DNA from: Fibrobacter succinogenes subsp. succinogenes S85
GTDB lineage: Bacteria > Fibrobacterota > Fibrobacteria > Fibrobacterales > Fibrobacteraceae
DNA: 32,000 bases
Assembly (NCBI RefSeq): GCF_000146505.1
Contig: NC_017448.1
Coordinates: forward strand, 1,380,001-1,412,000
Reading direction: 5' to 3'
A program made the translations under genes and the position numbers. The notes below the pieces were generated by a model, which did not search any database, was not told where the DNA came from, and saw nothing but the letters and a program-made list of their open reading frames with translations. Every line of letters starts with the position of its first letter. Position 1 is the stretch's first letter. This document shows positions 9,176 to 18,197 of the stretch, piece after piece.

Positions 9176-10300
9176 TTATCTCCAGCCATTGTTGTTAATC
9201 AACTGAATTTCATACACGGCCTGAGAGCCAGTATGGACAGCCTGGATGGTCGGAGTAATCAAGCCAAGAAGACGGTTCCACGTAGCGATACCAGAGGCAT
9301 CGACGTACACGATGTCGCGCGGGTTCATTTCAAAACGGTCAGCCAAGGCAAGAGCCATAGCGTTCTTGGCGTTCAGCTGATAAATATCAATCTTGTTCTT
9401 GGCCGTATTTCTAATAACATAGATACTACTCGGAGAAGCATACATGACGTTGACGCCACCAGCTGCAGTGAGAGCTTCGGCCAAAGAGAGGTAATTGTCC
9501 ATGCGGACAATACTCGTCCTATTGACTTCACCCATGACATAGACCTTTCTATCCCTTTCCATTTCGGACTTGAGCGGGATAAAAAGCTGGTCCCCCGGCT
9601 TCACGATAATGCGTTCAATAGGAATGTTTTCCTTAAAAGCACGAACGTAGTCAATATTATAAATCTTGTCACCACGACGGAGCTGAACGAAAGACGGATC
9701 GGCCTTTTCATTAAAGCCACCCACTTCAGCAATCACATCAGGAATAGTCATCGGATGTTCATCGAAACGCACATAGCCCGGTCTGTTCACAGCACCCGAG
9801 ACAAAAGCCTTGCGGCTGTTATAGCCCGTCACACGGACATCAACCTGCGGATCATTAAGGATCTTGTCCGAAAGACGCTTGGTGATTTCCTTACGGAGTT
9901 CCTGGGCAGTGAGGCCCGCAACCTTAAGTTCACCAGCATACGGGTAGAAAAGCGTGCCTTCGGTCGTCACCTTCTGGCCTGCCGGCTGGTACTGGCCCAT
10001 CGGGGATGTGAGTTCCGGGTGTTCCCAGACAACCACCTGCACCTGGTCCAGAGGTCCAATCCTATATTCCAATTCAGGGAGCGTATCCACCATCAGGTCA
10101 GCCAAATTGCCTTCGGACGGATTCGGGATGACCTCTACCGGTTCTCCCATATCTCCCTTTTCAATGGAATGCAACTTGAACGTTACACCATTATAAGTTG
10201 TGGAATCTGTGGGTATGTTCATTCGCATCTGAGGTGCGGCAAAGCAGCCACTCAAGATAGCACCGGCGACACCACAAAGAGCAATACCAATTTTATTCAT
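9176..10300 (-). CDS. wza: Polysaccharide export outer-membrane lipoprotein (Wza / Poly_export + SLBB family)
   Basis: Lipobox LSG-C at the N-terminus. Poly_export-like YRIGPLDQVQVVVW is followed by SLBB-like repeats (VYVMGEVNRTS, PGDQLFIP). It sits between wzb and manC. Confidence 0.88.
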   Translation of the reverse strand: MNKIGIALCGVAGAILSGCFAAPQMRMNIPTDSTTYNGVTFKLHSIEKGDMGEPVEVIPNPSEGNLADLMVDTLPELEYRIGPLDQVQVVVWEHPELTSPMGQYQPAGQKVTTEGTLFYPYAGELKVAGLTAQELRKEITKRLSDKILNDPQVDVRVTGYNSRKAFVSGAVNRPGYVRFDEHPMTIPDVIAEVGGFNEKADPSFVQLRRGDKIYNIDYVRAFKENIPIERIIVKPGDQLFIPLKSEMERDRKVYVMGEVNRTSIVRMDNYLSLAEALTAAGGVNVMYASPSSIYVIRNTAKNKIDIYQLNAKNAMALALADRFEMNPRDIVYVDASGIATWNRLLGLITPTIQAVHTGSQAVYEIQLINNNGWR

Positions 10301-10317
10301 AGGTTACCTTTTTAGAA

Positions 10318-10764
10318 TTATTTCGAGGCTTCACTTTGCCTAATCTTTTCAACCCAATACGGAGTCAGCTTGGAAATAAAGTTCCAAGCCAGGACAAACG
10401 CATTTTCCGGCCTTCTATACGGGTCAGGAATATCGACCTGGTGAGATTCCCCATAACGGAAAACCTTACCTTCGAGCCACGGATACTTGTGCAGAAGCTC
10501 CCTTTTATGGCCATTTTCCATCACCAAAATCAAGTCGGCCCATTTCAGGATATCCAAATTGATTTGGCGAGCCCTATGAGCACTCATGTCAATGCCATGT
10601 TGCAAAGCAATTTTCTGAGAGATTTCATGGGCGGGATTATCGACCAAAGCACCGAGACCAGCACTCATAACATTGAAGTCCGGGCCGAGTTCTTTTTTTA
10701 AAAGATACTCCCCTGTAGGGCTACGACAAATGTTCCCAGTACAAACGACAAGAATATTCTTCAT
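10318..10764 (-). CDS. wzb: Low-molecular-weight protein-tyrosine phosphatase (Wzb-type)
   Basis: P-loop VVCTGNICRSP (C-X5-R-S) near the N-terminus and a D-P loop (DIPDPYRR). 148 aa. Immediately upstream of wza. Confidence 0.9.
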   Translation of the reverse strand: MKNILVVCTGNICRSPTGEYLLKKELGPDFNVMSAGLGALVDNPAHEISQKIALQHGIDMSAHRARQINLDILKWADLILVMENGHKRELLHKYPWLEGKVFRYGESHQVDIPDPYRRPENAFVLAWNFISKLTPYWVEKIRQSEASK

Positions 10765-10797
10765 GATATGTAAATAATAGAAAAATAAGTTTACATT

Positions 10798-11361
10798 CTA
10801 AAGGTCAAAAGCGAAATCAAGGTCCTTGAGAAGAGGATTCTTGGTATCCTTTTCAGAGAGGAGCGGTTCAAAACCTTCGCCCACCGGCCACTTGATGCCG
10901 ATAGCCGGGTCGTTCCAGAAAAGGCCGCCTTCATCATTCGGAGCGTAGAAGCGAGTGCATTTGTAGACAAATGCAGCCGTTTCGGAAAGTACCACGAAAC
11001 CGTGTGCAAAGCCTTCTGGGATGTAGAACTGTTTCTTGTTTTCGGCGGAGAGCGTAACACCCACCCACTTGCCAAAAGTCTTGCTGTTCTTGCGGAGGTC
11101 CACGGCCACGTCAAAGACTTCGCCTTCAATCACGCGGACAAGCTTGCCCTGCGGATTCTGCTTCTGGAAGTGGAGACCGCGGAGAACGCCCTTGCGCGAA
11201 CGGGACTCGTTATCTTGAACAAAGTCTACGTCAATGCCGCCTTCGGCAAAGTCGCGCTTGCTGTAAGTTTCCATAAAGTAACCGCGAGCGTCACCAAACA
11301 CCGTCGGTTCAATAATCTTAACACCTTCGATTTCTGTATTTATAAAGTTGAATTTTGACAT
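10798..11361 (-). CDS. rfbC: dTDP-4-dehydrorhamnose 3,5-epimerase
   Basis: RmlC cupin signature: FGDARGYF.E, RGLHFQ, QGKLVRV..GEVFDVAVD.R..S.TFG.W, PEGFAHGF. 187 aa. Confidence 0.95.
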   Translation of the reverse strand: MSKFNFINTEIEGVKIIEPTVFGDARGYFMETYSKRDFAEGGIDVDFVQDNESRSRKGVLRGLHFQKQNPQGKLVRVIEGEVFDVAVDLRKNSKTFGKWVGVTLSAENKKQFYIPEGFAHGFVVLSETAAFVYKCTRFYAPNDEGGLFWNDPAIGIKWPVGEGFEPLLSEKDTKNPLLKDLDFAFDL

Positions 11362-11364
11362 ATT

Positions 11365-11434
11365 TAGTTGGTAGTTGGCAGAACTTAGACCGCTTCGCTC
11401 TTAGACGAACAAATAAATCTAAGTTCTAAGTTCT
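11365..11434. repeat. Intercistronic rfbB-rfbC spacer built from short tandem and inverted 7-mers
   Basis: TAGTTGG x2 (11365-11378). CTTAGAC (11384-11390) + CGCTTCGCT + CTTAGAC (11400-11406). CTAAGTT x2 plus a partial copy (11419-11435). AGAACTTAGA (11380-11389) is the reverse complement of TCTAAGTTCT (11418-11427). Confidence 0.8.
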
Positions 11435-12565
11435 ATCTCCGTACATTTTTTCGTAATATTTTTCGTAGTCGCCGCTCGTGATGTTGTCCAGCCATTCCTG
11501 GTTGTCCAAGTACCAGCGCACAGTCTTTTCGATGCCTTCTTCGAACTGCAACGACGGTTCCCAGCCGAGTTCCTTCTGGAGCTTGGTGGAGTCGATGGCA
11601 TAGCGGGCGTCGTGACCCAGGCGGTCCGTCACGTAAGTGATGAGGTTCAGGTCTTCGCCTTCGGCGCGGCCGAGAAGCTTATCGACGGTCTTGATGACGA
11701 CCTTGATGATGTCGATGTTCTTCCATTCGTTGAAGCCGCCGATGTTGTAGGTTTCGGCAATCTTTCCGTTGTGGAAAATCACGTCAATCGCACGGGCGTG
11801 GTCTTCGACAAAAAGCCAGTCGCGGACGTTTTCGCCTTTGCCATAAACCGGGAGCGGTTTCTTATGGCGGATGTTGTTGATGAAAAGCGGGATGAGCTTT
11901 TCGGGGAACTGGTACGGGCCATAGTTGTTGGAGCAGTTCGTGACAATCGTCGGCATGCCGTAAGTGTCGTGGAACGCGCGCACGAAGTGGTCGGAGCCAG
12001 CCTTCGAAGCGGAATACGGGCTGTGCGGAGTGTACTTCGTCGTTTCGTAGAAGAAGTCGTCACCGTAGGCCAAGTGGTGTTCCGAACTGGACGCCGTAGT
12101 CGTGAACGGAGGCGTGATGCCTTCCGGGTGGTTCATCTTGAGGGCGCCGTAAACTTCGTCAGTCGAAATGTGGTAGAAACGCTTGCCTTCGTACTTTTCC
12201 GGGAGGCTTTCCCAGTAAAGCTTTGCAGCCTGGAGGAGGCTCAAAGTACCCATGACGTTCGTGCGAGCAAAGGTGAACGGGTCCTTGATGGAACGGTCCA
12301 CATGGCTTTCTGCAGCGAGATGGATGATTCCATCGACTTTTTCGTCTTGCATGAGCTTGTAGAAAGCATCAAAGTCGCAGATGTCCATCTTCACGAACTT
12401 GTAGTTCGGCTTGCCTTCGACATCCTTCAAGTTTGCGAGGTTACCCGCATACGTGAGCTTGTCGAGGTTGATGATATTGTATTCGGGGTACTTATTGACA
12501 AATAGACGAACGACATGACTTCCGATAAAGCCTGCCCCGCCTGTAATTACGATGGATCGTTTCAT
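11426..12565 (-). CDS. rfbB: dTDP-glucose 4,6-dehydratase
   Basis: MKRSIVITGGAGFIGSH Rossmann motif and a YSASKA catalytic Y-x3-K. I chose the start at 12565, which is preceded by GGAGAA. The 26-codon extension to 12643 runs through a terminator-like hairpin. Confidence 0.95.
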   Translation of the reverse strand: MKRSIVITGGAGFIGSHVVRLFVNKYPEYNIINLDKLTYAGNLANLKDVEGKPNYKFVKMDICDFDAFYKLMQDEKVDGIIHLAAESHVDRSIKDPFTFARTNVMGTLSLLQAAKLYWESLPEKYEGKRFYHISTDEVYGALKMNHPEGITPPFTTTASSSEHHLAYGDDFFYETTKYTPHSPYSASKAGSDHFVRAFHDTYGMPTIVTNCSNNYGPYQFPEKLIPLFINNIRHKKPLPVYGKGENVRDWLFVEDHARAIDVIFHNGKIAETYNIGGFNEWKNIDIIKVVIKTVDKLLGRAEGEDLNLITYVTDRLGHDARYAIDSTKLQKELGWEPSLQFEEGIEKTVRWYLDNQEWLDNITSGDYEKYYEKMYGDRT

Positions 12566-12619
12566 GAATTTCTCCAATTTACAGGGGAAATATAGTAAAG
12601 GACAACTTATTCTGCGGGC

Positions 12620-12656
12620 GACAAACACAAAAGAACCCGACAAGGAATGCCGGGCA
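12620..12656 (-). terminator. Possible intrinsic terminator or attenuator between rfbA and rfbB
   Basis: Plus-strand CCCGACA (12636-12642) / TGCCGGG (12648-12654), one mismatch, 5-nt loop. On the minus strand it is followed by TTCTTTTGTGTTTG. Confidence 0.4.
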
Positions 12657-12672
12657 TAAAAAGTAAAAACTC

Positions 12673-12700
12673 TAGTAACTAGTAACTATTAACTAGTAAC
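12673..12700. repeat. Four tandem heptamers: TAGTAAC TAGTAAC TATTAAC TAGTAAC
   Basis: Read directly from the sequence. It starts 10 nt downstream (minus sense) of the rfbA stop codon. On the coding strand it reads GTTACTA GTTAATA GTTACTA GTTACTA. Confidence 0.9.
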
Positions 12701-12709
12701 TCATAATTT

Positions 12710-13597
12710 TTAATAGTGAATCTTTCCTTCGGCAACCTTTTTGAGGTGCTGACCATAAGGCGACTTGCCGTACTTGGCGGCAGATTCCAAGAGCTTTTCC
12801 TTGCTAATCCAGCCGTTCTTGTATGCAATTTCTTCAATGGCTGAAATCTGGATTCCCTGACGGTTTTCGACCATTTTCACAAATTCGCCCGCTTCAATGA
12901 GGCTATCCATCGTACCTGTGTCGAGCCAAGCAAAACCGCGGCCGAGGAGTTTCACGTCAAGTTCGCCCTTGTCAAGGTATGTCTTGTTGAGGTCAGTAAT
13001 TTCAAGTTCGCCACGAGCGCTCGGTTTTTGCACCTTGGCAAATCCAGCCACGCGGTTGTCATAGAAATAAAGACCCGTAATAGCGTAATTGCTCTTCGGT
13101 TCCTTCGGCTTTTCTTCAACAGAAATCACCTTGCCATTATCGTCAAATTCCACGACACCAAAGCGTTCCGGATCTTCGACGTAGTAACCAAATACGCTTG
13201 CACGGCCATTTTCTTCGGCGTTCTTAACAGCAGCCTTCAAAAGCTGGCTAAAGCCGTTTCCGTAGAAAATGTTATCGCCAAGCACCATCGCGCAGCAATC
13301 GTTACCGATAAATTCTTCGCCCAAAATAAAAGCCTGAGCAAGTCCATCCGGACTCGGTTGCACCTTGTAGCTCAAGTTGAGGCCCATAGCAGAGCCGTCA
13401 CCGAGCAAACGCTCAAAGTTCGGCAAATCCGTCGGTGTAGAGATAATGAGAATGTCACGAATGCCCGCCAACATCAATGTTGATAGCGGGTAATAAATCA
13501 TCGGCTTGTCATAGACCGGCAAAAGTTGCTTCGATGTGACCATCGTAAGCGGATACAGACGTGTGCCGGAGCCCCCAGCGAGTACGATTCCTTTCAT
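12710..13597 (-). CDS. rfbA: Glucose-1-phosphate thymidylyltransferase
   Basis: [18 protein letters not shown]...[34 protein letters not shown] is a canonical RmlA N-terminus. 295 aa. Confidence 0.95.
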   Translation of the reverse strand: MKGIVLAGGSGTRLYPLTMVTSKQLLPVYDKPMIYYPLSTLMLAGIRDILIISTPTDLPNFERLLGDGSAMGLNLSYKVQPSPDGLAQAFILGEEFIGNDCCAMVLGDNIFYGNGFSQLLKAAVKNAEENGRASVFGYYVEDPERFGVVEFDDNGKVISVEEKPKEPKSNYAITGLYFYDNRVAGFAKVQKPSARGELEITDLNKTYLDKGELDVKLLGRGFAWLDTGTMDSLIEAGEFVKMVENRQGIQISAIEEIAYKNGWISKEKLLESAAKYGKSPYGQHLKKVAEGKIHY

Positions 13598-13671
13598 AAC
13601 AATTCTCCTATGATTTCGAAAATAGAAAACTTCTTACGAAAGTTTTTTCAAAAAGTTATTTTTAGCACATT

Positions 13672-16290
13672 ATGGCAGAGCAAAACAAGCGAATCCTCAA
13701 AGATTTTTTGAATGAACTGATTGAGAAGTTCAACGGACACCGTTCCGATATTTCATCCGAAGACGTTTTAGAACAATTTATGGCATGGGCCGAAACCCGT
13801 GGTACAACGTTGTACCCAGCGCAAGAAGAAGCGATTTTGGAGCTTTTGGACGGCAAGAACGTTATCCTCAACACGCCGACCGGAAGCGGAAAGTCCATGG
13901 TCGCGCTCGCTTTGCATTTTGACAGCCTTGTACACAACCGTCGCAGTGTTTATACCTGCCCCATCAAGGCTCTCGTGAACGAAAAATGGATGGCGCTATG
14001 CAAGGAATTCGGCGCCGAGAACGTCGGGCTTTCGACCGGTGATGCAACCGTCAACCGAGACGCCCCCATCATCTGCTGCACGGCAGAAATTCTTTCGAAC
14101 ATGGCGCTCTGCGAAGGCGAAACGCTCACCATTACAGACATCGTGATGGACGAATTTCATTATTACAGCGACAAGGAACGCGGTGTTGCCTGGCAAGTTC
14201 CACTTTTGACACTCCCGCAATCGAGATTCCTCTTGATGAGCGCAACAATTGGCGCTACGGAATTTTTTGAACGCGACATGACTAAGCATACAGGCCGCGA
14301 GTCCGTAACCGTCCGTTCCACGCAACGCCCGGTGCCGCTTGACTTTAGCTACAGCACTACCGAAATTTCGACCGAAGTGCAAAAACTCGTGAACGAAGGC
14401 AAGGCTCCTATTTACGTTGTCCACTTTACGCAGGCGGCTGCTGCAAGCAACGCCCAGAACTTTATGAGTCTTGACCTCTGCACCAAGGAAGAAAAAGTCA
14501 AGATTAACGAGGCAATTAAAGAAGTCCGTTTTGCAAGCCCGTATGGTCCTGATGTCAAGCGCTGGCTCAAGCAGGGCATCGGGCTGCACCACGCAGGACT
14601 TTTACCGAAGTACCGCATTCTCTGCGAAAAACTCGCCCAGCAAGGTTTGCTCAAAGTCATTTGCGGAACAGACACGCTTGGCGTGGGCGTGAACGTACCG
14701 ATTCGCACCGTGCTTTTTACGCAGCTCTGCAAGTACAGCGGTGACAAGACCGCCATTTTGACCGCTCGCGACTTTCACCAGATTGCAGGCCGCGCAGGCC
14801 GTAAAGGTTTTGACAATGTCGGCTACGTTGTCGCACAAGCGCCCGAACATGTCATCGAGAATTTGAAGCTTGAAGCGAAGTCGCGCACGACAGGCAAAAA
14901 ATTCCAGAAGAGGAAACCGCCTGAACACGGTTACATTCCGTTTGACGAAAACACGTTCAAGCGTTTGATTGAATCCGCACCGGAACCGCTGACATCAAGC
15001 TTCCAGGTGAATCACGGGATGCTTTTGAACATCTTGAGCCGCCCGACCGACGGTTGCCGCGCTATGCGAGCACTCCTCAAGGATTGCCACGAAAGTGCAG
15101 CCAGCAAGAAGCAGTTGCAGCACCGCGCATTTTTGCTGTTCAGGAGTCTCGTCGAAAAGAAGATTATTGAGTTCGTGCCTGCCGTTGCCGAAGGTTACAG
15201 CCACTTGCGCGTGAACATGAACTTGCAAGATGACTTTTCGATGAACCAGCCGCTTTCGCTGTACCTGCTCGACACGCTCCCGAAGCTTGACAAGGATTCG
15301 CCGGAATACGCACTGGACGTGATTACCTTGTGCGAAAGCATCCTCGAAAATCCCGAAGCGATTTTGCGCATCCAGCAGAGCAAGGCTCGCGACGCCCGTA
15401 TGAACGAGCTCAAGGCACAAGGCATGGAATACAACCAGCGCCTCGAAGAACTTGAAAAAGTCGAATACCCGAAACCACTGAGAGACTTTATTTACGACAC
15501 GTTCGATGCTTTTGCCGACATTCATCCGTGGGTGGACGAAAACATTGAACCCAAGTCCATCGTGCGCGAGATGTTCGAGAATTTCACGACGTTTAGCGGT
15601 TACGTAAAGCAGTACAACTTGCAGCGCATGGAAGCGATTTTGCTTCGCCATTTAAACGGCGTTTACAAAGTGCTTTCGCAGACCGTGCCTGACGGCTACA
15701 AGAACGAAGAACTCTTGGAAATGCAGGACTACCTCAGCGAAATGATCCGCCGCGTGGACTCCAGTTTGCTCGAAGAATGGGAAAAGATGGCGCACCCGGA
15801 AGATTACCAGAAACGCTTGGACGAAGGCGCTTCCGAAGACGAAGTCGAAAAGGCATTCGGTGCAGACAAGGCTGCCGCCGACATTACCTACGACAAGAAG
15901 CGATTCCTCAACATGGTACGCCAGCGCATTTTCCAGATTATGATGAGCTTGCAAAAGCAGGACTTTTCGGACGTTCTGGACAGCCTCGCCGACGACCTTG
16001 CCGAAGGCGAACTTTTGGCGGATGATGAAGGTACGCCGTGGACCGAGAAGCGTTTGCTTGAAACGATGGCCGCCTACACTGCCGAGCATCACAAGTTCCG
16101 CATGGACGTGGAAGGTCGTGCTCTCAGCCATACCATCGTCACGTACGAAGGGAACATTATGCAGATACAGCAAATGCTCCAAGACGAAGAAGGATTCAAC
16201 GACTGGAGCATTGATTTCACGGTCAATCTCGACGAAAGCCGAGAAGCCGGAATGCCATTGTTAAAGCTTGCAAGAATCGGCGAAGTTTAA
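13672..16290 (+). CDS. Superfamily-2 DEAD/DEAH-box (Ski2-like) helicase with a long helical C-terminal extension (DUF3516-like)
   Basis: Walker [10 protein letters not shown] (aa 67-75), DEFH box (aa 160-163), SAT motif, motif [12 protein letters not shown]. The ~450 aa acidic/helical C-terminal half matches my memory of DUF3516-containing helicases. Confidence 0.88.
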   Translation: MAEQNKRILKDFLNELIEKFNGHRSDISSEDVLEQFMAWAETRGTTLYPAQEEAILELLDGKNVILNTPTGSGKSMVALALHFDSLVHNRRSVYTCPIKALVNEKWMALCKEFGAENVGLSTGDATVNRDAPIICCTAEILSNMALCEGETLTITDIVMDEFHYYSDKERGVAWQVPLLTLPQSRFLLMSATIGATEFFERDMTKHTGRESVTVRSTQRPVPLDFSYSTTEISTEVQKLVNEGKAPIYVVHFTQAAAASNAQNFMSLDLCTKEEKVKINEAIKEVRFASPYGPDVKRWLKQGIGLHHAGLLPKYRILCEKLAQQGLLKVICGTDTLGVGVNVPIRTVLFTQLCKYSGDKTAILTARDFHQIAGRAGRKGFDNVGYVVAQAPEHVIENLKLEAKSRTTGKKFQKRKPPEHGYIPFDENTFKRLIESAPEPLTSSFQVNHGMLLNILSRPTDGCRAMRALLKDCHESAASKKQLQHRAFLLFRSLVEKKIIEFVPAVAEGYSHLRVNMNLQDDFSMNQPLSLYLLDTLPKLDKDSPEYALDVITLCESILENPEAILRIQQSKARDARMNELKAQGMEYNQRLEELEKVEYPKPLRDFIYDTFDAFADIHPWVDENIEPKSIVREMFENFTTFSGYVKQYNLQRMEAILLRHLNGVYKVLSQTVPDGYKNEELLEMQDYLSEMIRRVDSSLLEEWEKMAHPEDYQKRLDEGASEDEVEKAFGADKAAADITYDKKRFLNMVRQRIFQIMMSLQKQDFSDVLDSLADDLAEGELLADDEGTPWTEKRLLETMAAYTAEHHKFRMDVEGRALSHTIVTYEGNIMQIQQMLQDEEGFNDWSIDFTVNLDESREAGMPLLKLARIGEV

Positions 16291-17849
16291 GCCTCGCCGG
16301 CAAATTCAAAGCCAGCTTCTTCAACTGCAGTTTTTAAAGTCGCCACGTCGATATCATCATCGTCGTGCCATTCCACGTGCAATGACTTGCTCGCGACATC
16401 GGCTTCGGCAAATACGACTCCATCGAGCGGGCGCACCGCTTTTTCAACGCACACTTTGCAGTGGCTGCAATTCATGCCGTTCACGCGATACGTTTTAGAG
16501 ACGGGCTCGGCATGTTCGTGATGATGTTCATGATGGTCATGTTCGCCGTGTTCATGGCATCCACAAGATTCGCCGCATTCGCAGTGGTCATGATCGTGAT
16601 CATCTTCGCAAGAGTCCGCGCACTTGCAAGAATCTCCGCAACCGCAGCCACAACCGCAATGACCGTCACAACCCTTATGCGCGAACTTTGCATACAGCAT
16701 GAATGCTGCCAAGAGTCCAGCGCAAACGTAATCAAACACGCCTAAAGCCTCATGTCCATGGCAATCCGCAGCACCTTGCGGAAGCATAGCCGAGAGGAAC
16801 GTATCCATAAAGAACGTATCAACAATAAAGCCAAAGAACATCGCACCAAACGCAATCGAGAACAAGTAAGCAGCGAGCGTGCGTTTGCCAAAAGCCTTAC
16901 CGACCACAAGCATCGAAGCGATACTCGTTGCAGGCCCCGCCATCAAAAGCACAAGAGCTGCCCCCGGGGTAATTCCCTTCGCCACAAGCGCGAGCGCAAG
17001 CGGAATAGAACCCGTAGCACACGTATACATCGGCATAGCCAAAAGCAACACGCAGACCATACAGAGAATCGGGTATTCACGCAATGCAAGGAACAGTTCA
17101 TTCGGGACAAATGCAGAAATCAGAGCACCAAGCACAAGGCCAATCATGAGCCACTTGCTCACATCGCCCACCATGTTCACAAGGCCATAGCGGAACGTCT
17201 CTTTAACTTTATCCGAGAATGTCGCGGCAGACGCATCATGGTCATCTTCGCAACAACAACCGCAATGTTCGTGTTCATGATGGCGCTCGCCACATTCGCA
17301 ATGATCGTCATCATCGCGGTCATGATGGTGTTCGTGGTCGTGGTGATGATGTTCATGATCGTGATGTTCGTGCTTTGCCAAATCGCAGTGTACACCCGCA
17401 GCCGCATTCCCAGCAGATTCGTTACGATCCGTTTCTCCGCGAGTTGCAAAGTTCGTCAGCACACCGCCAAACAGCGCCGTTACAAACGCCGCCACCGGGC
17501 GCAAAATAGCGAACGGGAGTCCCAACAGCGAATACGTCGCCAAGATGGAATCCACCCCCGTCGCAGGAGTCGAAATCAAGAAGCTCACGCTAGCGCCCTT
17601 GCTTGCGCCTTCCTTGCGAATTGCAATCGAAGTCGGAATCACGCCGCAGCTACAAATCGGAAGCGGGACGCCAAAAATTGCCGCCCAAAGCACCGATGCA
17701 AAATTCGACTTTGCAATTTTAGGCACGTACAAATGATTCGGCACCCAGACATGCAAAATTCCAGCGAGCAAAAAGCCAAGCAGCAAAAACGGAGCCATCT
17801 CCGAAAAAAGTGTGATAAACTCCCAGACAAAATCAGTAACCATGTTCAT
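16287..17849 (-). CDS. ArsP/DUF318-type permease (SO_0444-like Cu/Zn efflux family) with two His/Cys-rich tracts and a C-terminal HMA metal-binding domain
   Basis: Multi-pass membrane protein with PICSCG and YTCATG permease motifs. His/Asp/Cys tracts at aa 154-205 and 391-446. The C-terminal ferredoxin-like HMA domain carries GMNCSHC (aa 452-520). It lies directly downstream of an ArsR-family gene. Confidence 0.85.
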   Translation of the reverse strand: MNMVTDFVWEFITLFSEMAPFLLLGFLLAGILHVWVPNHLYVPKIAKSNFASVLWAAIFGVPLPICSCGVIPTSIAIRKEGASKGASVSFLISTPATGVDSILATYSLLGLPFAILRPVAAFVTALFGGVLTNFATRGETDRNESAGNAAAGVHCDLAKHEHHDHEHHHHDHEHHHDRDDDDHCECGERHHEHEHCGCCCEDDHDASAATFSDKVKETFRYGLVNMVGDVSKWLMIGLVLGALISAFVPNELFLALREYPILCMVCVLLLAMPMYTCATGSIPLALALVAKGITPGAALVLLMAGPATSIASMLVVGKAFGKRTLAAYLFSIAFGAMFFGFIVDTFFMDTFLSAMLPQGAADCHGHEALGVFDYVCAGLLAAFMLYAKFAHKGCDGHCGCGCGCGDSCKCADSCEDDHDHDHCECGESCGCHEHGEHDHHEHHHEHAEPVSKTYRVNGMNCSHCKVCVEKAVRPLDGVVFAEADVASKSLHVEWHDDDDIDVATLKTAVEEAGFEFAGEA

Positions 17850-17851
17850 TT

Positions 17852-18172
17852 TTAGACCTTCTTCTTATGCAAAATGTGAGCAAGCCCCGTATTGAAAATC
17901 TCGCCGATATGTTCGTCATCGAGTGAGTAATAAATCTTGCGACCGTCACGAGTCGGCTTCACAAGATTCGCCGTGCGCAAGATACGCAGCTGGTGGCTCA
18001 CCACGGACTGTTCAAGGTTCAACTTTTCGGCAATGGCACTCACAGACATCTCACCCGAAAGCAACAAATGAATCACGCGAATGCGCGTCGTATCGCCAAA
18101 GAACTTGAAAAACTCGGACAGTTCAAACAGCGTATCGAGCGAAATATTTTGCGTATTCGGTTCTTTATGCAT
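17852..18172 (-). CDS. ArsR/SmtB-family metalloregulatory repressor (alpha5-site, Zn/Co-type by motif)
   Basis: The winged HTH (FKFFGDTTRIRVIHLL...VSAIAEKLNLEQSVVSHQLRILR) is typical of ArsR. The C-terminus has D86-x-H88-x10-H99-x2-H102. The stop is 2 nt from the permease start codon. Confidence 0.9.
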   Translation of the reverse strand: MHKEPNTQNISLDTLFELSEFFKFFGDTTRIRVIHLLLSGEMSVSAIAEKLNLEQSVVSHQLRILRTANLVKPTRDGRKIYYSLDDEHIGEIFNTGLAHILHKKKV

Positions 18173-18197
18173 ACTTATACCTGTTTTAATAGATTAA

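Noticed and set aside
12566-12643. A 26-codon N-terminal extension of rfbB (MSGSFVFVARRISCPLLYFPCKLEKF).
   Set aside because: The extension runs through a terminator-like hairpin and has no homology to RmlB. ATG 12565 is preceded by GGAGAA and gives the canonical MKRSIVITGGAGFIGS start.
12673-12700. CRISPR or a mobile-element terminal repeat as an explanation for the short tandem repeats in the rfb spacers.
   Set aside because: The units are 7 nt with no spacers. There are no cas, transposase or integrase genes anywhere in the window. These are micro-tandem repeats, not CRISPR or IS ends.
16461-17449. Short ORFs inside the permease gene (16461-16745 +, 16481-16735 -, 17177-17449 -, 17219-17509 +) that encode odd H/M/T/V-rich peptides.
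   Set aside because: They are alternative-frame readings of the CAT/CAC/GAT/TGC-rich low-complexity DNA that encodes the His/Cys tracts. The permease frame is continuous and motif-bearing.
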